From Rhynchobatus australiae (lineage: Eukaryota): 64,000 bases of DNA. The notes below the pieces were generated by a model. It was given only the letters and a program-made list of their open reading frames with translations, did not search any database and was not told where the DNA came from. Below, in pieces: positions 24,947-37,827 of this stretch. The stretch is taken from assembly GCA_034780895.1 (NCBI GenBank), contig JAUZTB010000076.1:49743860-49807859 (forward strand), given 5' to 3'. The translations under genes and the position numbers were made by a program. Each line of letters opens with the position of its first letter. Positions within the stretch are counted from its first letter, which is position 1.

Positions 24947-27171
24947 TAAATGTTTACTAAACTTATTAGGCCATATGTCCATTTCAAGGATGATGCTTGA
25001 ATAGCTAACCAAATTCTTCCCCTTCGTGTTCTAAAAAGTTTTGAAAGAATGATGAGTGGGATGTGTTGGAAATGTAGTAAAATATTTATTAAGTTGGAAG
25101 ATCCTAAATGGTCTTATGGATGGTGTATTGTAAGCATAAGCCTTATAAAACATGTCGTTCTTGTACACTTTGGAGCATTTGAAATAAATCCCATAAAGAT
25201 TGACTCAAGTCTGAAATCCTTCTTGGATTTGCACATGCAAGTACTAGAGACAAAAGTGCATGAGCTGCAATATGGATTTCTTTTTTTGACCATTAGTTGT
25301 GCCTAGTATAAAACAGTCTCTCTCAGTACGTCATAAATGATAGAAGAAAGATTGTATTTGAACAGAAGTAAATTAGAAATTTATTTAGGCTATGTAACAT
25401 GCTTAACTACATAAACTGCAGCAGCATGTTGATGTACTGTTTTTTGAATTGAAGTTGAAATGATGAACAATGTTAATAGAGCTTATTGTGAGGGGTTAAA
25501 ATGAAGCTAAAAGAAAGAATAGATATCAATATAATGTTTATGATTCGATCTCAAAATCCAAGTACTATTGCCTGCTAATGTAGTCTGATTAAAACTGAAA
25601 AAAAAAGAAATGTGATTTAAAAATTTTTTAATTGTTTGGATGGATCTATAATTAAAATGCAGTTTTTGAATCTTCTTTCTTCTTGTGAGATATTCATTTG
25701 TGGTGTTTGGGCATCTTTTCCAAGTATTCCAAGGATATTACATGAAGGTTTAAATGAGCGGCAAGTCCCTGACCTGGATTGCCTGCGATAACTGGGAAGA
25801 GAAATGCTATTGTAACATATTTTCTCAATATTTTTATACTATTCTCCATATCTTGAAGTAAGATCAGACTGACAAAAAGGAGGAACATGTAATATGTGAT
25901 CTCCTTTGAGGATTTTTTGACATATGATGAATGGTTGCCCAACAACCCCTCTTCCTGTGTAGATAAACACATTTCCCTGGGCAAACTAATTTGCTCTTTA
26001 ATTTCTTTCTCCCTTTTGGTTCAGCTACTCCCATTGGTATTCTTGAATAGGAAGTCATCAACTTGCTTCTGAAGTAATTTTCCATCATCTTGCGTTCCCT
26101 TCATTAGGGTTTGTTGGTTCACTGTTGGGATTCTGTGAAGGTGATAGTTAAATTTCTCTCTAAGTTTGCTCAAGTCTTCATTAATGACGAAGGCCTTGGT
26201 CACTACCTTGTACTGTTGTTATCCCACGCTTAACATGGAAACTGCACCTGGTAATTATTTTCATTACATCTTACTGGGATTGGTTTCAGTGGGGGAAAGC
26301 CCCACCCCAAGATAAGTTCTACTGTTACAGCAATTTACATTTGATGATATGGTGATGTTTGCAGCCTTGCAGTTAGTATTATTGTAATAATTGAACTGAG
26401 TGATTAAAAAGCAGTGAGTGAGCCATGGTTTTGAGCAGCAACAGGTACAGCTGTAAACCTGTTTATGTTTATTGCAATAAATTGTTTGACATTGTGGAAG
26501 GTGAGGACTTTTTTTATTGCAAAAATGTATCTTACCTGGGGACTTAATTTTCTTTAACCTGGATACATCATCAAGGTGCATGTGTAAGCTGGGTCAGCCA
26601 CTGAGAAAGGATTTCTACCTGCTCCAGGGACTACGTACAAAGTGCTTTTGCTGTGTTCAAACTCATCATGCTCTGATGGCTGCTTTGCAGGCCGTCTGTG
26701 ATTGCTGCCAAAGCAATGTGGACCAAGGCCAAACTTGCTTATTCCCCCGACATCTTTAATGTCTGGGTTAGCCTTGAAGATGATACCACTCAAGCCCTGA
26801 TGGCTTACATGGAAGCTGCCCACATTTTGTGTATATATAGCCTGCAGTTTACTGCTGCTTGGGTTTTAAGTGCAAGGATCCTCACAATGAGACCCATACC
26901 TGATCTTAGAGACTTGTGCTGTTCCTAGCCTTCTTGGAAACACATCTGCCATGTAGTTCAAATAACAAAACTTGCAGAGTTGCCAAGACTTTATGCCAGT
27001 TAATTTCCAACTTTTGAATAGTTTGTTAGTATTAGCACAGGCTATTACACAAAGCAAATCATGCTCTGGCTGAGGAATTTTCCTTCCTTTATTGGTTGAA
27101 TAGCCATTTATGGGTATTTTGTTCCAGTGGCAGGCAAAGCTGGGTGATGTGAAGGATGATGCCTGGGACAA

Positions 27172-27680
27172 AATCAAGTTTATTTGTCATTTGCACAAGT
27201 ACATGTACGCACAGGTGCAATGAAAAACTTAATTGCAGGAGTGTTACAGGCACATGGTATCACACGCAGCACTCACAAGAAAAACATAAATAAAACAATT
27301 TACAAGAACGAAAACAATTTGGGCAAAAAAAACAAAGTCCATTTTAGTGCAAAATGATCAAAGTGGTCATAGTTTTGCTAGTTGGTTCAAGAACTGTGAA
27401 CCTGGTGGTGAGGGTCTTAAGGCTTCTGTATCTCCTGCCCGATGGTAGTTGTAAGAAGATGGCATGGCCTGGATGGTGGGGATCTTTGATGATGGATGTT
27501 GCCTTCTAGAGCCTGCACCTCCTGTAGATACTACCAGTGGTGGGGATGGATGTGCCTGTGATGTTATTAGGCAGAGGCCACTACTCTCTGCAGCTTCTTG
27601 CATTCCTACCCATTCGAATAGCCGTACCAGACCATGATGCAGCTAGTCAGGATACTTTCAATAGTACAGCTGTAGAAGTA
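27172..27680 (-). mobile_element. Rex1/Babar-type LINE 3' end
   Basis: Minus strand reads FYSCTIESILTSCIMVWYG...KKLQRVV...KATSIIKDPHHPGHAIFLQLPSGRRYRSLKT. Confidence 0.88.
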
Positions 27681-28804
27681 GGTGCTTTGTTGACTTGAGT
27701 AGACATAGTGCTTTGTTGATGCATTTCCTTTGTGGTGATTGTTGGTGATCATGGTGATTGTTCAGATTACTTGCAATTTATCCAGATCCATTTGTCAGCA
27801 TTAACATTTTTTTTGGATGTGTGGGAGGATTCCAAGAATCAGACCAGGTCCTTGCTCTGTGGCAAGGTGAAAGCTCTCTGCATGCCTTTGTCGTCAAAAT
27901 TTTGGTTTCTTCTTTGATCAAGGAATAGATTGAGCTAGCATTTTTAATGTTTTGACAACTATTGATAGGCATTACAGCATTTTTATGAATTGACAAGACA
28001 AATACATTTTCCCTTTCAAAGGGATTTGCCAGAAGTTCATGAAAGATGAGGACGGGAACTGCTTTTGTAGATTTCAGAACTGCAGAGGCAATGCAAGTTC
28101 AGTGCAGTGTTCATCCAATCGTAGCTCAAGGAAAGTTCATGATCTGCTCAGCCCTTATTATGAAGTTTGATGTCTCATAGTTGTTTGGATAGTCTGCAAA
28201 AACAGTAGTTGGTATTTTCTCTATGTCCTTGTCAACTGTGAGATATCTGACTTTGAGCCAAATCATGACCTGATGTTTTTAAGTTTTTTAATCCACAGCC
28301 AGTCAATATGTTACCAAGGGGACAATGTTTTTGTTTTATGTTGACACAAGAAGGCTTTTACAGGTTTTTCTTACATGAATTTTAGTTTTGTCATTGGTGT
28401 TGATTAGTCCGATCATTTAGTCCAACATTTAACCATTATAGACATTGAAACTCTCCAGTTAACATTTAGTGCATCTATTTACAGGAATGATTGAGTTAAT
28501 AGTGTTGTAGTGGAATTGTTTTCTGCCACAGTGATTTCTGAAAGTAACCCTTTCTGAAATGGTAAACAACCCACCATCGATTCTTTGTACTAAATGTAGT
28601 TTGCCATTCTGAAATTGTATTGCTTGTAGATAGTTTCACCTGTAGGGATTTTGGTTCATCAGGATTAATTTTAACTGATATTGACCAGTAGTGATCCAGT
28701 GTCATCATTACACAGGAAAAAAAAACCTTTAAATTGCAGAACAGTACGGATGCAGAAAGTCTTGTTGCCATTGAGTTATTGAACAGTAAACACTGCCTCA
28801 GAAA

Positions 28805-28978
28805 TGAAGACACAAAGGTCTGGGAATACTCATCAAGTCAGACGGCATCTGTGAAGAGAGAAACACGAGAAAGATGACCAATCTGAGACATTTCCACTGT
28901 GTCTCTCTTTACAGAAGCCCTTTCAATATTTCCAGCATTTACTGTTTTATTTCACATTTCCAGAATCTGTGGTTTTTG
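28805..28978. mobile_element. Degenerate fold-back Penelope terminal-repeat element
   Basis: ctgggaatact...ctgtgaagagagaaacac pairs with gtgtctctctttacag...aatatttccag. Confidence 0.6.
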
Positions 28979-29084
28979 TTTTTTAGTTGCTGTTCCAGGA
29001 CTACGTGGTTCACAGGTTCATAAAATATTCATGAAATAAATGTTGGAAAAATCCAGAAGTTGAATCAAGGTAGTATGTAGGGCA

Positions 29085-29369
29085 GGGCAGGCACGGTAGT
29101 GTAACGGTTATCATAACGCTATTGCAGCTCAAGTGACCCGGGTTCGATTCCAGCCACTGTCTGTAAGGAGTTTGTACATTCTCCCTGTGTCTGCATGGGT
29201 GCTCCGGGTTTCCTCCCACATTCCAAAGACGTATGGGTTAGGAAGTCGTGGGCATGCTTTGTTGGCGCCAGAAGTGTGGCGATACTTGCAGGCTGTCCCT
29301 AGAACATGCTACGCGAAAGATATATTTCACTGTGTGTTTCAATGTGCATGTGACTGAAAAAGATATCTG
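29085..29369 (+). mobile_element. tRNA-derived V-SINE
   Basis: Pol III A box (tagtgtaacgg), B box (gttcgattcc) and V-domain gggtgctccgggtttcctcccacattccaaagac. Confidence 0.9.
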
Positions 29370-32300
29370 TATAGAAAGATTTAAAATGATGTAGCTCATC
29401 TCATTTAGCCAGAGAACTAGACCCATTATCATATGAACCAAATTGAATTTGGAGTGCTTCCATCTATTGAAGTTGAATTTACTCTCAGTTCCATGAGATT
29501 CACACCTCTTTTATCGATTTTCATAAGATTGCTTTCATTTTAATATGTTTCTTCCAATTTTTGCTCACTATCAGAATGACCTCATAATGGAGTGAGTTTC
29601 ACTTTGCAGATTTATTGGATTGATAATTTCCACGAATGACCATTGACGTGATGACAGTGATTTCAGCACATACGGTTGGCTCTGTGGTCTCAAGCATTTA
29701 TCAAAATGGCAATGGATATAGATTCTGTGGGTTTGTTTAATGTAGTTTTATAGTCAGTGAACATAGAATGAAGCCCTACATTTTTATTGTGTTTGTTGAA
29801 GTGAAACATTTGGCCAAAGTCAAAAGTCATTCAACTGAATTGTTACTGATGATATGATTTAAGTTGGAAAAATAATTTAGTATGTAGGTCAGTTATTTGG
29901 AAAGATCCCTGTACGTCCAGAAAATAATTTTGAATATTTTGGACAACTTATATTTTGACCGACCTTTTTGAGCCTTGTGCCTTGTTTCATCTGAAAGGAA
30001 CAAGATTCACCCACAAAATTGTCCATGTACAAAATCTTTCTGTATCCAAGGATTGCTGTGGCAAAGAAAAATTTTGGATTACTGACTTCAAGCAAATAAT
30101 GTTAATTCTGTCAGAGCAACTATCCAGCATATACCATCATCGTTCAGTCTTTATGGGAAGTCATGGCCAATAGTTCTTGTATATATGCTGTGTTTTTCAT
30201 GTAAATTTGTTTTTGAATTTCTTTTTCTGTTGTGGGGTGGGGTGGGAGGGAAGGGGGGGAAGAAGCTNNNNNNNNNNNNNNNNNNNNNNNNNNNNNNNNN
30301 NNNNNNNNNNNNNNNNNNNNNNNNNNNNNNNNNNNNNNNNNNNNNNNNNNNNNNNNNNNNNNNNNNNNNNNNNNNNNNNNNNNNNNNNNNNNNNNNNNNN
30401 NNNNNNNNNNNNNNNNNNNNNNNNNNNNNNNNNNNNNNNNNNNNNNNTTTGTTGTAAGAAGTGAATACAGAGCTTTCAAAGTGCACAAAAATATCAGTGA
30501 CCAATCCTATTTATTTGTGGTCTGCATTGATCCTTGGTGTGGTAAATTTTAATGTCATTACTGATTTTCAATTCAATTGAATTTTGACCAAAATTTAATG
30601 CAACTCCTGACAAAGGTTCTATTAATGACTGAAAATAACCAATTCTGCCAATAGAATATCGAAAAACAACACTCCTGAAAACAACCAGAAATAAAAATCC
30701 TGAAAAATTCAAGTTCTACTTACACAAAAGGTGTGTAAGAATTTAACCCATCACTGATAAAATACACTTTGTGAACCCACTGTATTATTTTGAAATGATT
30801 GCAGGCAAATGCTGCTGTGCTTTTTCATAGCAAAGCTCCAGCTGAGCTCATCAATAAATGAACTGAAATAAATATGATGTTGTGATGCATAGCCTGATGA
30901 TTAGCATGACTGTTATTTTTGCCATGGCCACTCACTATAGAATGATTATTACTAGCATGGTACTTGAGAACCACTTTTAAGGGGAATCTTAGATTTACAT
31001 TATACAATATTTCATTAAGTGAAAGTGCTGGATACTGCCTTTTAATTAGGATGAGATCTGGCTGTGGAGCTGGTGCACTGCTTCATTGATTGATGTAAGT
31101 AACCTCATCTATGCTGTCATGGGAGTTCCAGTCATCAGCTGAGCTGGTCAGTCCCATAAGTGTTGCAAACAATTTTTGTCTGAATTGTTTTTGAGTCTAT
31201 AGACCTGCTGGTTGCATGAATTTAAAAGAGCACTGAGGTTTTTTTTAAAAAATGCCACCTTCCCCTGAGACTTGCCTGTGCCATTTGGAAAGCGAGTAGA
31301 AAGCTTGGGTACTATTCTGAATGAAAAAAAGAAATAGTGAAATAGTGGCAATTAGATTTTAAGCTGGTATGTCTTGCTAAAATAGTTTGTTTTGCAAGGA
31401 TTAATATTAATAGAACACTGGTTTCTGTTGAGCAATATTATTCCTGTTTTGTTCATTTAGAATTGAACTATTTTGTCCATACAGAACTAATTTGCAAATG
31501 ATTTTATTTGCATCTGTCCATTTTGTCCCTCTGAGATGGTAAATATTAAATTAGCTTGGAAAATGGTCTGCTTTTATCACTTGCTGTATCTTAGTTGTGT
31601 TAAAGAATGAAATCTACAAGTAATTTTTGATTTGGGAATATACTGTCATGGATAAAACAAGCTTTGCATTAACCCTATGATTAGATGAGAACTGATGAGC
31701 ACAGATCAAGTGAATTATAGAGTCCAAAATGTTACCTTGCATTTATAGATCAGATTAGAAACCTATATGGATTCTTAAAACCAGTTTAATGTAATTGATT
31801 TGGAAGTTCAAAGGCAAAGCCATATGTGAAAGTAAAGATTCTGAAGGATGATGGTTATAATTGCTGAGAATTTGTAGTCCCAATCATCCAAATGAGTTGT
31901 TTTGGCTGCAATAACAAGAACCATTCACTCTTTTAAAGACGAAGGATAAAGATTAAAATTTGTTCCATTTGAGCATTGTGTCACCTTTGTAAGCACAGTT
32001 CACACTGCTCGCTCTTAGTTCATTTTGTTATACAAGCCAAGTTTTCAATAAAAGAGCTGCCAGGGTCTTTCACGGTGTAAAAATTAATCTTTAAACAGTT
32101 CAGAAGCCCTGCTATTTACCTGCAAAGAAAAACTTCACAACCATGGAAGCTGAAAATTGCAACATATTTAAGTGCCATTCCAAATTTCTGCAAGTTTTAT
32201 CAAGAGATTTAAAAATGACTGGAGGTGTTATTTAAGAGCTTGTAAACAAATAGCTGCTGCTATTGGTGATGTAGTATTTCATTGTTGTGCCATGTTTTTT

Positions 32301-32888
32301 TATTAGATCAACTAAAAATCAGACTTAGCGGAGTATCACTTTGCAGAGGGAATACTGAAGTTAAAAGAAGTGACATGTATATTTTCTTTAAATAAACCAA
32401 TGCAGACTTTTTGAGCAGGGCACATTTATTTTGAATTTTGGCATTTTTATTGTTACTGCTACCCTACAGTATTTTTTCCCAATTTCCATTGTCAGCACAT
32501 GTTACATGTTGACTAGAAACTGGTGGCTAGTCTGTGATGCATGTATCAGCAGACGTGGCTTACCCATATGGTGCTGTGCTGCTTGTAAAATCCATATGGT
32601 CTTGTTGAAGGGGATCCCAGTGGGGATGAGAGGGGGTGTTAATGCCCTTTAGGCCAAACTATTCCCTCCTGGTGCTCTTTTACCATTGTCAGTACAGTCT
32701 GCTGAAGCATAAATTTGATTCTTGTTAATAATCAATGAAGTTCATTGTGGTTGATTATTTCAATACAGAAACAACTGTCTGTATATGGTTTTAATTCAAA
32801 AGGTTATTCTCGGACCTTTTTGTTGTGCATACAGTAGTGATTTGACCCAAGTCCTGCATGAGCCTAACATTTTTATTATCTTTCACAG

Positions 32889-32938
32889 GAAGTGCTGCAG
32901 ACTGTGCCAAAGTTTTGCTTCCCCTTTGATGTTGAAAG
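32889..32938 (+). CDS. DENND1B: DENND1B coding exon (50 nt), EVLQTVPKFCFPFDVE(R)
   Basis: atctttcacag|GAAGTGCTG...GTTGAAAG|gtacag, with an upstream cctaac branch-point-like motif; contains the DENN-family KFCFP motif. Confidence 0.96.
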
Positions 32939-33597
32939 GTACAGTATTGCATGATAAACCAATCATTTTACCCTCTGCTTTGAAATAATGTTCAGTCCAA
33001 TCTTTAAAAAAAAATCTTCCTAAAATCTCAGCATGGAGGAAACCCCATTTTTGAAGGTTTTTGCAAAACAGAAAACTCTCTGTACGTGTTCCAGCTGATT
33101 GCTTGTGAGCTGGGGTATACTTCTATTAAAAAGAAGTCTTTCATTTGGAAAGATGTTATATGTAGTTAATAAGGTGTTGGTGATTTTTTTTAAACTAGTG
33201 ATGGTGTTTGAAAACTTCATCCCCACTATTGAGCTTTTTAACTGACAACATCCTCTTAAGTCTTCGCACTTGCATGTTCCACCTTGTTGTGAAGATTTTT
33301 GTAAGTCTTTAAGAAAGAGCTAAATGTGTCTGGTTTAAGGTTTACAATATGTATGTCAAACCAGGCTCCATTGCTGCCATCCAGTGGTATACTTGGTGAC
33401 ACAATTTGGTTTTCAAAGAAACAAGTGCACCAGCTCTGTCAAATGCTAACTGTGAATATATTTTTCAACTTTGAAGGAAGCTGTAGTTCTTGAATTTTGC
33501 CCCAACCAACTTCCAATTTCACCTTTATTTTCTCCTTTAGTGCATTTTGTCCTCAAGGCAACAATAGGCTTGTGTGTTCTTCAAGATACTTCCATGA

Positions 33598-34860
33598 TTT
33601 AGGAAGAGGAACAAACCATTTTGCTCTTTGAGGCTGTTCAGTGTGATCACAGCTGATCTGTGACCTAACTCTATCTTCCGGCCCATTCTCCACGTCCCTC
33701 AATATCTTTTGGATATCAAAAGTGCAGGTGAAAGTTAGGAATTAATGTCACACCATTTCAGTTTTGAAAATCCTAACTCCAATATTGAAACCTTCAATTA
33801 AATCACCCCCAGTCCTCCTGGATTGNNNNNNNNNNNNNNNNNNNNNNNNNNNNNNNNNNNNNNNNNNNNNNNNNNNNNNNNNNNNNNNNNNNNNNNNNNN
33901 NNNNNNNNNNNNNNNNNNNNNNNNNCCCAGTCCTCCTGGATTGTGTTCCAGGAACACAGCCTTGGTCTTTGTAATTATATCTTTTAATTTAAACCCTGAG
34001 AGTTCAGGTTTAGTGTTGTCAGAATCCCTCAATTGTCAGTATAACCCCTCAATGATTTGGTGCTCTAAGTACTCTAGCTGCGATCTAACCAAGAATGGCA
34101 GCATTCATCATTAAGGAGCCTTACCATCCGGGACATGCCCTCTTTACATTTGCTACCATTGGGGAGGAGGTACAGGAGCCTGAAGACCCACACTCAACAA
34201 TCCCCTCCTCCATCAGATTTCTGAACGGTCCATGAACACTACCTCATTATTCCTCTTTTGCACAGGTTATTTATTTTAATAATTTATAGTAATTTTTATG
34301 TCTTGCGCTGTACTGCTGCCACAAGACAACAAACTTCATGACATCTGTCAGCGATAATAAACCTGATTCTGATCTATTGTTCTGTACTCCAACCCTCCAA
34401 ATGTAAATATTAGCATTCCATTAATTTTAGGATATTTTCTGTACCTGTCCCTGATGTTAATGATCTATGTATATGACCCCCTATATCTATCTGAACTTCC
34501 ACCATTTCTAGTTTTTCACCATTTTGGAAATACTCAATTTTGCTTCAAAGTGAGTAACCTCACATTTGTCTACATGAAAACCATTTGCTGCAGTCCTTCT
34601 TATTTGCTAAACCTGGGATGATGTCTTGGTTATCTAATGCTTCCAACAACGCAGTTTACAGTGCTGCCAGTCTTTGTATCATCACCAAATTTGGATGTGA
34701 CTTTCTATCCCAGTCATCCAGGTTATTTATAAATATGATGAGCAAATTCAGCCTTAAACAGATCCTTTAAACAGGGTCCCCACTGCTCAGGTCCTGCCAA
34801 TCAAAGTATCTGCCCTTTATCCCTCCTTCCTGTCTCCTGTTGCACAACTATGTCACCACC
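33598..34860 (-). mobile_element. Old decayed CR1 LINE hosting a Rex1/Babar fragment
   Basis: Antisense CR1 tail at ~33600; minus strand GDLIEGF at ~33800; FINNLDD...KFGDDTK at ~34670-34735. Confidence 0.75.
34090..34372 (+). mobile_element. Rex1/Babar-type LINE 3' end
   Basis: Encodes IIKEPYHPGHALF..LPLGRRYRSLKTHTQ; tail aataaacctgattctgat. Confidence 0.85.
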
Positions 34861-34956
34861 AGAAACCCATTTGCTCCGTGAGTTGTCCTCAAACAAGTCA
34901 GCCTGATCCATCAGCCCATTCGTACCCATGCTGGCTCTCTCCAATCAAATGAATAA

Positions 34957-35212
34957 TTTTTTTTAATTTTAAATTTTATTTACAGCGTGGTAACAGGCCC
35001 TTCCAGCCCAATGAGTCCGCACCACCCATTTTAAACCCCTAATTAACCTACCCGTACGTCTTTAGAATGTGGGAGGAAACCAGAGCACCCGGATGAAACC
35101 CACGCAGACACAGGAGAACATACAAACTCCTTACAGACAGCAACGGGAAATGAACCCCAATCGCTGACGCTGTAATAGAGTTGCGCAAACCACTACGCTA
35201 CCATGCCGCCCC
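34957..35212 (-). mobile_element. Full-length tRNA-derived V-SINE with CR1-like tail
   Basis: The reverse complement begins gggcggcatggtagcgtagtgg (A box), contains the V-domain, and ends gggctggaagggcctgttaccacgctgtaaataaaatttaaaa. Confidence 0.9.
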
Positions 35213-35739
35213 ATTAATATCTACAGGAGAAAGAGAATAACAGCCCAATCACGAGCACATGATTCCATTCTTATTCACTTGAGTTGCTCTTTCCTTTGTG
35301 CCACTTTCCTTTTCTTTCTTACAGACCCTAAAATCTGGTATATTTAATGCCCAAACTGTCTTGCAATTGTGCCTCAGTAGTGGTTAGTGATTGTATTTGA
35401 CAAATACAATTTATGTCTGCAACTTACGTACTTTGTTCTTTATGAAAACAGAGTACAAGGAACATATATTTGGGCCGCAGCCTCCTTCTGTCCTTTAATT
35501 ATAATGTTTTACTCATATATTTTGTATTTCCCTCTCTTTCAATGGTTTAATTGTATCATTTTGTTTTACTCTTTTCACTGATAAAGCCCATTTCTGAATT
35601 TTGGCCTTCATTTTCTCTTTCATTTCCTTTTGATCAATGAATATTACCATTTCTTTTCAGCATTTTCTCTCTTTTATGACTGCCTTCCTCCAACTTATTA
35701 GTTTATTCTTGTGAGCAAATTATCATCTCTGGTAGGACC

Positions 35740-36200
35740 CAGATCCTGGCACGTTCCCATTGGGATTTTTGCTGCTTAATCCAATACTGCACTCAGTGTC
35801 CCTCAAATGGAACCCACTTTCCCGTACCACTTCTTGAGCTACATATTCACCTCCCTAAATCATGATACCAATCTGCATGTAGCTCAGGTAATAGATCAGT
35901 GGTTAGAACAATTGACATCCATTTCTTTAATTTAACTCATAGCAACCAATATTTTCCCAATGGACTTGACCATGTTGTTGGACTCAACATGGACCACAGA
36001 GGCCAGCTCCTCCCCTTCCACCCTAATGTCCATTCAAGCCAATTCATGTTGTCCCTCGCGCTGGCTTCAAGTAAGTAATGCACCCAGACTATAAATTTAG
36101 ACTTAAAATTCTAACAAAGAATGCTACCCACAGGATCAAATACCTTGCAGCCTTCTCTCCTTCCTCTCCACTCTGGATGGCTTCCTATTTCACTGATTCA
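35740..36200 (-). mobile_element. Probable CR1 ORF1 (SGNH/esterase-like) remnant
   Basis: The minus strand at ~35968-36020 reads EGEELASVVHVESNNMV, resembling EGE.P.VVVHVGTNDI of CR1 ORF1. Confidence 0.5.
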
Positions 36201-37707
36201 TTGTCAGCTTGCTGATTGTTTTCCCAACTGACTTGAACCTTATCCCCACAATTAACTCGTGCATTGTGCAAATTAGATTGGATCAACTTCAGTGAATTGT
36301 CATTCTCTATCTCACTTGAGTTCCCCTCAGCTGATGCCACAGCAATCACTTCTGATTCCGCAGCTCTCCAAGGTGAGAGTGAAGTCTGGAACAAATTGTC
36401 CAACTTTCCTCAACGCTCCCTTATTGATGGTTGTGTCTCTAGCTTTACTCCAGCGTAATGTCTCTGAACCAGAGAGGTTCTGCAGAGAAACATTGAGATG
36501 TGTTGATGCTGGAAAGTCGAACTTTGCGCCAATTCCCATAGACTGAAATTCAGGAGCACGTATGTGATTTAATCTGTATTCATATGTTCTGAGGCAATTC
36601 TATTTTAATCCAACATACTTGCACAATTTGCTAAAACTGGTCAAAATATTCAAGCCTCGAGTTTAGACAAACTGCTGCATGTATGGTGGGAAAGTGAGAC
36701 CTTTTCCCTCTCGAGTGATTTTTACCCCTGATCTACTTATCAAGTTCCCATTCAATTTCAGAAGGACTCTTGTTTAAGTCCATTCTGTGTGGACTCGAGG
36801 ACTGTGCAATGGTTTAATTGTTGCTGTGCAACAAGTGCTTAATGAGAGATTAGCTTGTATTGATTATGTGGATTTATTTTCGTGCACAATTGATTTCAGC
36901 TCATTGGGTGCTGGTGAAAATATATTTGAAGCACTGAATGAAAACCAAGCATTCACTGAAAATGTTTGAGACAAAGTTGTTTTTCTGTGGTGCAGCAAAG
37001 CCCAATATATGAACAAATATAATGATATAATGCACAGATGTTGTGATGTGTTCCAAGATACTTTACCTCATTGCACTGAAATTGAGGGAAACAAAGCATC
37101 AAATATTTTAATGCTGAGGGTAAATGCTGAAAAATAAAAGCATCACCTCAGCTTGGTATTAATGTCCTTCAATATAAAAATATGCAAAATGAAGTTTAAT
37201 TCAAACTCCTCTAATAGCATGCAAAACATCAATATTATTGAGGTACTTGTTTGCAGACCACTATTGTATTTTTTTTACAGCTTTCTCTCAAGCAAAATCA
37301 ATGGTTGATTTAAAAAAATATTGAACTAACAAACCAATTGCTCTTATCGCAAATGTTTTCTTTCTCTTCCCTTCCTTCTCCCTGTCATTTTGCAAACCTC
37401 AGTAAAATACTTGTTCGTGTCAGGTTTCAGTTCCTCTGCAGAGTGCACAAATAAAGATCAGCAATGAACAATCAGTGTTTAAATATTCTGACCAACTAAA
37501 TTGATTATATTAACCAATTTAAAGATTCTGTTTTTCAAAATTTTCAAATTATTTCTTCATATGCTTTCTCATTTCTTCATTATGCTTTTGGGAATACTTT
37601 TCCAGTTTAATCTTCCTCAGAAGTGACTTGACATTACAATTTATCTCTTTTCATACAGCTGACGTTCTGTCCATGAAACCTTAATGTTTGTGTATGACTA
37701 TTTACAG

Positions 37708-37827
37708 GGTTTCACGAAGTCAGGTGGGACAGCACTTCACTTTTGTGCTCACAGACATTGAAAGCAGACAGAGGTTTGGTTTCTGTCGCTTAACATCAGG
37801 ATGTAAAGTCTGCATCTGTATCCTCAG
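37708..37827 (+). CDS. DENND1B: DENND1B coding exon (120 nt), (R)VSRSQVGQHFTFVLTDIESRQRFGFCRLTSGCKVCICIL(S)
   Basis: tatttacag|GGTTTCACG...ATCCTCAG|gtatgt; contains the uDENN motif FTFVLTD...RFGFCR. Confidence 0.97.

Noticed and set aside
29085-29160. tRNA gene
   Set aside because: A and B boxes are present but run into the V-SINE body; there is no complete cloverleaf or Pol III terminator.
33808-33943. 18-bp direct repeat cccagtcctcctggattg
   Set aside because: Exact copies abut a 100-N gap, which indicates an unmerged contig overlap.
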